Shown here: positions 1 through 11,400 of the stretch, piece by piece
How the letters are laid out: each line of letters opens with the position of its first letter
Numbering within the stretch: the first letter of the stretch is position 1
Assembly: GCA_045837725.1 (NCBI GenBank)
Contig: JBEWZL010000166.1
Location: forward strand, 186,001-250,000
DNA from: Vermamoeba vermiformis
Lineage: Eukaryota
Reading direction: 5' to 3'
DNA length: 64,000 bases
Notes under the pieces: model-generated
Database searches by the model: none
Told to the model about the DNA's origin: nothing
What the model saw: the letters and a program-made list of their open reading frames with translations, nothing else
Made by a program: the position numbers and the translations under genes

Positions 1-968
1 AATGAATTCTTCTTTGGGCTGCACAACAATGGTGTGGCTATATTATCATTAATAATAGTTCATTAACAAAATGTTTGAAGACATACGCAGGGGTGACCAT
101 TTCAAACATGTAACACTTGGTCGTGTCTTTGGGCATTTGATACCGCATCTTCTTCCAAATGGACCAGAACAAGTCACAGAATCGGAGCTGATTCGTAGTC
201 AAGCTGTTGATGTATATATTAGATTAATTAAATAAGCGTAATATTTGATCTTGACTTACGTTCCCGTGGCATCCGGCATGCCAGACGAAGAGACCCACCA
301 CTCGTCTTTGTAATAATACAGCACTGCTAAACTGCCGTCTAGCTTCTCATAGACAGCCGCGCTACTCCAATCTAGCAGCATGGTTAGTATTACTGTTAAC
401 ACAGCGACAACGATTGCAGACGTTACCGATCGGATCTGCCCATTTTTCACCGTAGTTGAAAAACTTGTTGTACGGATACGAAACGACTTTCCAGTTATTG
501 TCTCGATCCAATATGATTGCTCGACATTCGCGCACAACTGCTACCTAATACAAAGAGAGATCAATTTTTGTGGAAAGGCAATTTCGCTTTAAAGTGAGCC
601 AAAAAAAGGCGGGTTGTATAAATTTCGTTTTATTAACGATATTGGGCGACAAGAGTACTGAAGCTAATTTTTGGGAATATTTAATGAATTTTTTGATTAA
701 GAATTATTGAGAAAAAACCCCGATCTACTTTACTTACATCCCAAGGGCTTGAAATCTGATCGTATTTGAATAGCAGCAAATTTTTATAAGTCTTGTGATA
801 TTTAACTTGAATATTGTAGTCTTGAATCAACGGCCCGATCCCGTTCTCTTTTACAAAGGACACGAGCTGGGGCGTAGATCCATCGCCGGCACTTGCTTGA
901 TCACTCATGCCAAATGACGATGAGGCCTGCTGCCTATTGTTATTGTTGTATTGTCTCTTGTTCGACAT
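1..968 (-). CDS. T4 Rnl1-like RNA ligase (3' end runs off the window)
   Basis: Spliced exons give LLLFKYDQISSPW / VRECRAIILDRDNNWKVVSYPYNKFFNYGE / DWSSAAVYEKLDGSLAVLYYYKDEWWVSSSG (motif I KxDGS) / YMFEMVTP; GT-AG introns. Confidence 0.85.
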
Positions 969-1092
969 CGTAATTCAAACAAGAATGAAACTCACAGAAA
1001 ACAAGCGCAACTGATTAAATCATGATTATTCATAAATATTAGGGCCTGTTTTGGAATATAATCAGTGCAGACCTTTAGCTGATCAATACAGG

Positions 1093-1432
1093 TGTAACGA
1101 AACACGAACCGCGTACAAGATATGCGTACTGAGGTGTTACGCAAGGGGTCTTACTCCCCCTTTAAAGACAACACGGCGTCCCGCCCTCCACGACTTCACA
1201 CGGCCCCAGATCCCAAGGCCCTAACCCCTCTACCGCGACTACAGCTCCTCCCGAGCCACGCGCTCATAAAAGTGTTTTTAGGGAATTCAGGATCGGACCG
1301 TGAGCTCACCTCAACGGACGATCCCTCTCCTGCCCGAAGGAATGGCCACCAATGTAACGAAACACGAACCGCGTACACCAAAAAGCATATGCGTACTCGG
1401 AGCGTGTTTTACGCAAGGGCAGTTTCATTACA
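1093..1432 (-). mobile_element. TRIM-like miniature LTR retroelement
   Basis: TGTAA...TTACA ends, 4-bp TSD CAGG (1089-1092 and 1433-1436), two related direct repeats (1093-1154, 1353-1432), PBS TGGTGGCCATT and PPT AAAGGGGGA on the minus strand. Confidence 0.75.
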
Positions 1433-1576
1433 CAGGTGTGACAAACGTCAACCGCGAAATTGCAACACAAATCCTATTGCGCGCTAAGTGAAGTGCACAA
1501 TAGTGAAAGTTTATAACATAATATATAGCTATTTATTTTGTATTATATATAGTATTATCATTGCACAGTGGAAAAG

Positions 1577-2772
1577 ATGACTGATCCAAACTGTGGGGAA
1601 GATCCAACGGGAGTTGGCATTGGTTTAGGAATTTTTTTAATCGTAGGAACTATTGCTGCCTATATTCCTCAAGTAAGTAACCTCTATAGCGTCATTAAAC
1701 GAAATTATTGCAATTATTTTTTTCAATTTTTCGTAACAATTTTAGGTGCGAAAATTGAAACTAATGCTTATGATGATTCTTTAGGAAATCACCTTTATTA
1801 AGACTAAGACAAACGAAGGCGTCAGTTTATTAGCCACATTATTTGGAAATATAACGAATTTCTCGACTATTCTCAATTGGCTCGTTCAAAATTGGTATTT
1901 ACTGACGAAATGCCACCCAGTGGTATGTATAGTCGAGTTATTATAATAATTAATGCACGATCAACAGAAAATCTTGATCTCGTTCGATCTGATCGCGTTG
2001 CACAAGTGGACTTTAACACTAACTCGCTTTAATCTAGTCTGGTTGGGATTACTTCACTCGATTGTTGCCTATTGGACAATTAGGCACGGTCTCTGCGCAC
2101 ATGTACCTCACATATCCTTTTGACAGATCGACACTTTACAAAACCGTTTTACGAGACCTATTAGCCTTAATTGCTTTACACCTATTTTCTATTCTTAGTA
2201 TTCTTCCGAAAGAATGCCACTATACGCTTCAAATACCTCAGTATAATGGGTTTCATCTCATTTACTCTCTTGTACATTGCTGGAGGTACGTAACAAACGA
2301 AGGCAGATACCGATGCTAGGTGTAAATATCTAACAACTTCGATAGGTCTGTTCAGCTTCTTGTTCCTGTTAAACACCCTTGGTCCTGAGCCGGATGTGGT
2401 ACAAATTCTCAACAAAGTTGTTGGTATTTCTGCTGCAGTTCTAGTAACAATGCAATACGTGCCTCAAATCTTTGCTACATGCAGGTTAAAGGTATTAGAG
2501 CTCGATTATTACGTAGCGGTAGATGTGTCCTTAACCCTTATTTTCTTCAGAAAGCGGGATCGCTTAACTTGGTGACGTTGTTCATCACAGCTTCAGGATC
2601 ATTCTTGACGGCTTTCTTCTTGTTCCTTTCTCACCAAGGCTGGATTATTTGGCTCCCTAATGTCGTGTCTGGCTTTCAACAGTTCACCGTTTTTGTGCTG
2701 TGTCTCATTTACAGGTGCCGCGAGAAAAGAGAAAAGGCTGCAACACCGCTGTTAAAAGACCCTGTAAATTAG
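1577..2772 (+). CDS. PQ-loop repeat membrane protein (cystinosin/PQLC-like)
   Basis: Two PQ motifs (AYIPQ, QYVPQI) and hydrophobic helices over 6 exons; the frame is restored by an AT-AC intron at 2112-2181. Confidence 0.85.
2112..2181 (+). other. U12-type AT-AC intron
   Basis: 5' ATATCCTTT, branch CCTTAAT, 3' TACAC; removal joins YLT|YFLFLVFFRK in frame. Confidence 0.85.
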
Positions 2773-3095
2773 TTCGGAATTAAACACTTTAAGTTCGCCC
2801 CGAGATTCGAGTTCGTGGCAAGACCGCTTTATGACGATGAGGACTCGGTTGATGACTGCTACGCCATATTGACACAGTTAAGTTGCTTGCCTGCAAACCT
2901 GTAGGAGTCAGACTCAAGCATCGCACGGAATTACTATTCTGAACTACTAGGAGATAGTGCGCAATGAAGAATAGTCGATGGTGCAAAAGTAAAAGTTTGA
3001 CGTTAATTTACCAAAGCCAATGCTGTGCAATTAAATACAAGTGTGATTCAAATAGAATACTACAGAACACTTGTTTGATTGTAATGGGTTACAGA

Positions 3096-4121
3096 TCATT
3101 TACGAGCAAAAACTTCCCTGCAGAAGTCCAAGAAGTAGATCCAAGAGCGTCGTGCCGAGGACTCTGAATATTGAGCTTTTCCAGGAAAATTCTCGTTGAT
3201 GTTCGTGAAGGAATGCACAGTGTTCGAGAACGAAATGAATTGGAAGTCTACTTTGGCATCGGTCATCTCCTTTTGGAACCCTGCAACTTCGCCAGAAACA
3301 AACGGGTCATCATGGCCGTGGAAGATAATCAGAGGGCACTTAATATTCTTCGCGAGCGAGGTGTCAGGAGTATTCAAAGAACCGTGGAACGAAGCTACGC
3401 CCAAGATCTCAGCGCCGGACCTGGCTGCCTCAATAGCGCCACAACCGCCCATGCAAAATCTGCACCAATCATTAGTTTCCATATGGATAAATATATAGGG
3501 CGGTAACTTATAAAGCAGTTAGAGTCACCCACTTACCCAATAATAACGACCCTGCCTGATGAGTTCTTGTGTTGCTTGGCTTGGTTGATAGCACCGTTAA
3601 CCAATTCGCGGAATAGCTTTCTATCACCATACACGAGAGGAGTATCTAAATTAGTAGCCAGATAAGTATTAGTATTATTATTTGTGTTCCAGCTAGATCG
3701 AGCTGGAACTCTGGAATTGAAAAAGCGTACAGTGCGGTCTAGACTCTTCTAAGGAAGAAAGGTTTCGTACGGTTTTGCCATATACATCAGCGGCAAAGGC
3801 CAAGTAACCTTCATTTGCAAGTCTACGAGCGTAGTTGAGTTCGTGATCTGTCAAACCGAAGCCAGCGTGAATGATCACAATTGTATCTAATTTCGCCGTA
3901 GATGCGGATTGAGGGTACACAAAAGCACCTTGCAACTCCTAAGTTAAATATGTTAAACGTTTTGGAGAGCGGAGAGGAGTTGATTTTATGTTAAAAGGAG
4001 TGGATTCCGATGCCAATTTTCAAAACGCACGTAAAGGTTACGAAGATTAGCACTGCGACCTTAGCTAACTTACTTTGCCTGCTGCGCTATAATCAACCCA
4101 CTCTTCGATATTAGTTGCCAT
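3096..4121 (-). CDS. Dienelactone hydrolase family protein
   Basis: GFCMGG nucleophile motif after splicing, GVASFHG, FHGHDDP, VHSFTN; 4 exons. Confidence 0.9.
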
Positions 4122-4252
4122 GTTTGGTGTTTCTAATGATTAAGTTGTTTAATTTGATCCGCTGCGGTACTTTCAAATTATTTATCTACGAAAGGTCGCG
4201 CGACGTCGCATTTCTACCTTTTCCAAATTTAAATCCATCCTAACTGTTGACA

Positions 4253-4333
4253 CTTACGGCGATTCTGCGCGTACGGCGTTCCGCGCTTACGGCGTTCCGC
4301 GCTTACGGCGATTCCGCGCTTACGGCGATTTCC
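4253..4333. repeat. Intergenic minisatellite, about 5 x 16-17 bp (CTTACGGCG(A)TTCCGCG)
   Basis: Direct tandem copies read from the sequence. Confidence 0.85.
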
Positions 4334-4706
4334 TTTTTTGTAACTTTGTAACTTTAGTTGTAAGCTTCCGCTCCGCTTTACCATCTTGGATCCAGCTACC
4401 TAAGCTGCATTTTCATGATTAGGGCCTTGACATCCTTATAAACGGTAGGACCTCCTTAAGCATGTGATCGACGGTTGAATTCTTCTTTGGATCTACCGGT
4501 AGTAATCTTTGATCGATGTCGGTCGAACGCGGTCAAACTCGTCGTGCGTCTGACCATCGGTTTGTATCCATATGTTTGACCAAAAATCTGCCACGTATGC
4601 AACGGAATCTTAAAGACGCCTTTAATAAACAGATCAGTGCGGTTAAGTCTCGCCATATCTTTTCGTTAATCCAGGAAACATCAACTAAATCTCTATTTAG
4701 CTCTAT

Positions 4707-6802
4707 CTATACATGTCTGTGGTAATCTTCAAGTGTAGCCTTCGCGGAAGACTTGGGCGGCACAGGGTTGAAGTTTGCAATCTCTTCAGTCACTTTGGCC
4801 AGGTCCAAGTTGAACATGCGCGTTACGTATTGACCGACTTCGCTGTTCTCGTACACACCTCGGAGACCTGGAGTGTTGTAGCCGTACAAGACGACGTTAA
4901 CTACGACCGCAAGTTAGTCTTCAATTAACAGGTGCTGTATTAGTGCACGTACCACTCGAATGATCGTGCGTGGCCCACGAGATGAGAGCAGGAGCTGAGA
5001 TGATCTAATAACGTAGTGTTAATGAGGAAGTTGGCTCATTAAATGGCGGCATACCTCGGATAAAGTGTATTCAAAGCGCGAGGCTAGGGACGAGTTCAAC
5101 TGTTCTGTGACAGGATCAACGAGGGCACGCAAGCGGTCCATGGAAGAAGTGCTCAATTCTTGACCCGTCTTTTCGAACACGAGGTTCTTGAAGGAAGCGA
5201 GGGTCATATTGTTGCTGCGATAGAGATCCGTCATTCGCTCAGTTGACATGTTGACACGATTGATCACTTCCGGGTACCAAATCTTCGGGAATGTGTTACC
5301 AACCCCTGAACACGTATTAACATCAATAATGCAGAGCTGTGATGTACTTACAAGGGCCCGGAAGGTCCTTCAAGGTGAAGTTGGTTGCAGCGAGAACCAA
5401 GCCACCAGTCTCGTGATCAGCCGTGCTGATAACAGATCTGCAAGGGAGTGTCAAAATTAAACAGTTAATAAGTCAATAATAATCGCGCACGTTTGTCCGT
5501 CTTGAATGGCGAAGTTGACAGCAGTTTGGAATGCCTCGTTGAATGCAACAATATCGTGCAAATGAGCTGCGATGTCATTGGAGTGGCCGGCGTGATCAAT
5601 GCGAGAACCTTCGACTAACAATACGAATCCCTCTTCGTTGTCCTAATTAGGAAATATGGGTCAATGCCGTTGATGTCAGTTAATCAAGTTCATTGAACAT
5701 ACCTTATTCAACAAGTCCAAGGCGTGTTGCAACATCTCTGAGAGCGAAGGCTCGACATTAGGATCACGATCAATCTCGTAACTCATGTGGCTCTGCGCGA
5801 ATAGACCGAGCAGTGGCAACTTGGCCTTGTTAGCGTCCTCTAACTCGCTCTTGTTGCGAATAATGTTGTAGCCGAGTTCAACGGCACGGTCCATGTGTGG
5901 CTAGCATGCAATATTGTTAAAATCCAATCTAGTATTATATTTAAGGGACAATGGAAGTACCTTGAATACGGCAGCACCACCACCGAGCATCAAATCAAAT
6001 TTGTGTTCGATTTGTTGACCCGCAATAAACTCTTCATAATCGCGATTGACGGAATGACTCGAAAATGCCGCTAATAATCGATTATTAAGAGTTCATTCGA
6101 GATATAGTACGATGGGAGCGGTACCTGGTGTCGCGTGAGACAGGCGAGAGGTAACGACCATACCAGTGCGCATCTTTTTCTTCATGGCAGCTTCTAATAC
6201 AGTACCACATGGCTTGCGGTTATCATCAACGGCAATGGCATAGTTGTAAGTCTTTTGTGCGCATGAATAAGCCGTTGCGCCTGCCGCCGAATCTGTTATG
6301 ACACTAAACACAAAAATCATTAATATAAAGATGTGACATGGAAATATTGTTGGAATATTACCTCGAACTTGAGTAGGTGTTCACAAGGCCAATTTGGTAG
6401 TTGTCTAGGGCTAAGCGAGACTTGTTCAAGCACATCTTGGCTAAGGTTTGTGAAGCAGGTCCAAATCCATCTTTGGATGTGTCAATTTATTAATTTGACG
6501 CAATTTAAAAAATAATTTCAACCAAAACGATCGAGATCTGAAATTCTTAAAATCTTTTTGGTAGCTCTTTTGAATTGGATAATGGTGTAGTTACCTCCAA
6601 TAAAAAATATTAAATTCTTGGGTTTAATTTCTGCGGTTAGGGAGTGCAATTGAACTCCGGCAATTATCAATCCGATGGTCAAACCAAGAATCACAACGCC
6701 AGCAATGATAGTTATAAGCCGCCAGCGTCGAAATGACTGCCATGGAGTGACCTCATAGAAGCCGTCCTCTAATAGAGCTGCCTCTGGGCTTGACTTCGAC
6801 AT
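4707..6802 (-). CDS. Alkaline phosphatase (PhoA/Pho8-like, type II membrane anchor)
   Basis: FIGDGFG, ITDSAAGATA (catalytic Ser), HATP, VEGSRIDHAGHSND, STADHETGG, HDHSSG motifs; N-terminal TM helix. Confidence 0.95.
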
Positions 6803-6945
6803 TTTCGATTGAACAATAAACTGACAAGTCCGGCTCAATAAATCTTCGACCAAGCGACTTTTCGACGGACATGTCACCCGAGGCACAATAACGATGCAGA
6901 TATCAAACACACATTGCTACAGTATAATACAACATTTATTGAGCA

Positions 6946-7568
6946 CTACACGTCAGTTTTGTGACTCTTGCTCTCGGGCTCAATGTCATCGTCCTCGTCG
7001 TCTGACAAATCATCCAACTTCCTCTTTCTGCTCGCCGTCACGCTGTTCTCGGCATTGGCACTCACGCTGTCGTTGCTCGTCTCATCGACTATACTATCAA
7101 CGTCCATGGTTGTTTCACGACCCAGGGTCTTCGTGACACTACGCGTGATGGGCGCATTGAGTGCTTTGAATGTAGCGAGGGGAATAGCTAGCTGTGCAGC
7201 CTGAACAGCTGCCATTGAGGGCTGCATGCCTGGCACGAGCTGATCTGAAGTTAAGGAACAAATACAACAAGAAGTGAATGTAGTAGATCTTATAGTGTTA
7301 TGTGGATACATTGCGAGGACCAGAAGGAGTCCACTGTTTGACGCGCATGCCTGCAACAGTAACGTATTTGCGCTCCCACCGCCGCGGCTCACCTACGGGC
7401 CACTCCACTGCAGATGCGGATGAGATCGTCAGCTTTGTAACTGCAGATTTAATAAGGGTCCTTACATTTTCTCTTTGGCTTCTTTTTGTGAGATCCTAAA
7501 TTAACTTTGAAGTCATCGTCATAAATCTTGTCGTTACTCCGCAGTGTTGATCTAATTTCGCGGTCCAT
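6946..7568 (-). CDS. Small nuclear protein with BCL7-like motif
   Basis: Three exons (25-nt intron 7441-7465; U12-like intron 7240-7309); encodes PRRWERKYVTVAGMRVKQWTP, basic NLS-like patches and an acidic tail. Confidence 0.55.
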
Positions 7569-8411
7569 CTGCCAGCAATTCAACTCTGTCAATAATTTTA
7601 AAATAATTAATAAATACTCCCATAAATAATGGTTATTTATTCGGCATTGTTTGACAAACATAAGCTGGCTCTTATTAAAATTGCTTATTTGGCCGAAAAA
7701 TAACAAGTTGTCTCAGGCCTACCTTTGATATGTACAATAAATGTTATTTACAATTGATAACTGTGCTGCGCTGTGGTTAAGATTGAATGCAGATCAAAGT
7801 AGACAGAAAAATTGAAATTGAACATTATTTAGAGAAGAACCCCCTCGACCTCCAGATGGAACTCAGTATTCTACAAGATACAACGAATACATACTTTAAC
7901 GACCGTCAGCTACTCCTGTGAGCAATGTAGGTATCGTTGTTCGCAAATCTCGGGTAGATCAAAGGTAAAGGGCTCGTTCGACGTTTCTTTGTCAATAATG
8001 CTGCACAGTATCATAGATACCATTCGAACCTCTTAAGTCCCTTTCGATAAAGCACGTGCTGATTTTCATTTTCACACACATCACCCAAATCAAATTTTTT
8101 CTTATTTCAAACGCGTGCACTGACAGATCTCACCATAAGAGTGATTGATCCAAGTCCTTATTATCCCGTCCTTGAAGAGAACTTATTTAACTGTGGATGC
8201 TGAGACTTCCTCATCGAAGGTCAGCAAATTGAATAACTCAATTATACAACACGATAGTTAGACTGTAAATTTGGGAGATATTTCTTTATATGGCCACTAG
8301 ATATTAGATATCGGTCGTTTTAAAACACAAAAAAGATTTTTGATCGGAAGAGAAAATTCATTTATTAATAATCACAATTGTATAGGGATTAAGAAATTAT
8401 AGTATTGCATA

Positions 8412-11400
8412 ATGGACAATCACATTGGCAACTATGGCTTCAAACTACGGTAATTATAATTTACAATGCCAACATAATTAAATATTAAATGCCCGAAGCG
8501 TTGTGCGGTCAACAAGGGTCACTTTTGACTATTAACGAATATTATAATAATACTTTATTATGATCAGGTTTACAGAAGAGCCGAAAACCAATTTGCGGTG
8601 CGGGGGTTACACCTGTCTAAAATTCAAAATACTCGATCACGCGGATCAAGAACTGCGACTTCAAGGATCAAATTTTGCAGGATTTATAAGCTCTACGTAA
8701 GTTTTATAATTGTTTTTGGAGTTCCCATGTTACCCATCTGAACTGTTCTAGATTTCGGCTCCGTAAAATTTTAACTAGTACGGCGGTAATAATTATTTTT
8801 ATTCGATTTGCAGTGGAATTTAATATTTTTGGCTATGAATATTTCTATTCTAGGCCTGTAAAATCAATGCAAACTCAAGTTTAATTTTTATACCGAGCTA
8901 TTTATAACCTAACATTTTACAATACAGACCCGACGGACGAGATGAAAAACAACAGAATGGGCTCGCATATAACGTTATGACGCCTCAAGGACCAGTTGCG
9001 TTGTTGATCCAACTCGGTGTGAATTTAGGCGCAGATCTGCGAGTAACAGGACCTTGCCGTAACTTGTGCTGCGAACGGGTGCTTGAAACACACGAGTCCT
9101 CATGTGATGCTTGCAAGGCCAATGCGAGTTGTCGGTACGTGAAGGGCGTGAGTTGTTGTAGGCGATTTACTCTGACACTGCAATAGGGCACGAACACGCT
9201 ATCCGACCTGTGCAGTGAACATGACCAATGAAGTCGTAATGTACATACGCGTCATGGAACAGTGCCACCATCTCGGTCTCAAATACTTCAATTTGATTGT
9301 TCGCGGCATTGACAACAAAACCAACTACAACACACTGCTCACTTCTATCAATTTCGTAGTGCACGATAATTCTCGGTTCAGTAAGTAGCCTTTCGAAATT
9401 CGCGCAATGCTTGGCAACTAAAGCATCATTTCATCAAATTTAGAAGCCAAAGAAGTCCCTGTGTCCGCTACTCCAAGCCCTCAAGTACCGACCATTGAGC
9501 GCATCAATCCGCAGTCAGGCACCTATCGCGGCAACGACACTGTTGACGTATTTGTAAATAATTATGTCCCGTAAGTATCCGCGCGATAGTGTCGAGTATA
9601 TGACTCTAACCGTTGTGTAGTGGCCTGTGGTGCAGTTTTGGCCCTATGCGAGTTCTCGAATGTACAGAAGATGCCAAGTAAGTGCCCAAATGACATTATA
9701 TATCAATGCTAATGCCTTATAGTCACCGAGTATTGATTTGCAAAACACCACCTTGTGTCCCACCACGCACGGTTGAAGTCAATTTGATCAAAGATGATGC
9801 AGTGCTCGTGCAAGCCAACAAGAAATACTACACCTACACACAAGATTACATGGATTTGTTGCATTTCTTACAATCACTCGTCCCACAAGGGCACAACCAA
9901 GATGTAATGGACTATTTGAACAATGCAGTCCAGTCAAATAACAGCTCCGATTTGAGCTCGAATAGTTTCTCCGACGAAGGCATGGATTATCAAGACCCTG
10001 ATATCTTTATCAACAGCTTTCAAACACTTCTCAAGAACAAGGCTGTCACGAACGATGAAATTCAAAAAGGTAATTGCATTGAAGAATTGCTGCTTTATTG
10101 TAAGCTACCGTACTAATCACCTTTTAGTGTTGATCTATTTTATTGATGCCGTGGCTCAAGTCCGCCACACCTTATTGAACGAAAGCCGAGAAGTGTTTGG
10201 CAATCTAACACGCGAGTCAGACATCATGACTTTAGCTCACATCGCAGCACTCAATGGCTATTTGACCGTGCTCGAACGTCTCGTGAAGGATTTCAAAGTC
10301 GATCTCAATCGTCAAGACATCGATGGCAACACTCCCATTCATTACGCTGGCATGACTGGACAGCGCAAAGTGGTCACATTTTTGGTTGACAACGGTGCCG
10401 AAGGAGACGTTAAGAATGTGTTCGGCGAAACGCCTCTTGACCTCGCTCACCGCGAGCATCACTTTGGCATCAAATTCGTACCAATGACAAAGTCACCATC
10501 AGTGCCAAACCTTGTAGCCAAGACTTCCCAAGCAACATCGAGTCCTGTTGGCTCTAAGGTCTCGAGTCTCTTGTCCTTCTTCGAGCGTAAGACCGCCGAA
10601 GCTGAAGCTGCCAAAACCGTGACTGCTGCGCCTGCTAAAGTCGCCACTCGACGTCGCAACTATGGTGCTCGTCGTTCAGTATCACAGCCCAACTCTGGTG
10701 GCAATCTTGCTAGTCCTAAAGGAAAGGTTGCAGTTGTTTCTCCGAGAGCTAAAGGTGCTGCAAAGCCGATGTCAAAACCCAGTCCCAGAACTTCAAAAGA
10801 CCAATGGACTGCTACATCTGCTGCCGAACAATGGCCTAAGGAATCTCCACCGAGCTCTCAGACGTGGTCGCAAACTAGGCCTGTTGAACAGTGGACGGAG
10901 CAAGCTGTAGTGGTTGCTCCTGGCGCAGTGGACGTGAAGACACAATGGGAAGCTAAAGATACGAAAGCTGAGCAATGGTCTGCCGAAAATAAATCAGAAG
11001 AATGGCCCAAAGATAAGCAGCCCGAGCAATGGACTGCGGAGAAGACGGAGCCGATAGAGCAATGGACTGCTGAAGCTACGAAGCCAAGCGAACAGTGGAC
11101 CCAAGATCAACCGACTGAGTGGAGTGCTGATAAGAAAACAACAGAACAATGGAGTGCCGATAAGAAAGAAGGCACCGAGCAATGGACCGCCCCTAGTGCT
11201 GAGCAATGGCCTGCCGAAAAGCAACCCACTGAGCAATGGGGTGCTGACAAGGCTACGGAACAGTGGTCTGCTGACAAGAAGGAGCCTACTGAACAATGGA
11301 CCACTCCAAGCGTGGAACAATGGCCTGCGGACAAGAAAGAGACTACGGAACAATGGTCTGCAGACAAGAAGCCCAACGAGCAATGGAGTGCTGATAAAAA

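Noticed and set aside
1122-1491. ORFs of 61-121 aa overlapping the TRIM-like element
   Set aside because: No recognisable gag/pol motifs; they cross the element boundaries and look incidental.
4253-4333. Possible CRISPR array
   Set aside because: Units are contiguous with no unique spacers, there are no cas genes, and the context is eukaryotic.
9019-9049. 31-nt intron that would avoid the frameshift in the COE exon
   Set aside because: It would shift the frame away from the RVLETHESSCDAC...SC zinc knuckle that matches COE proteins.
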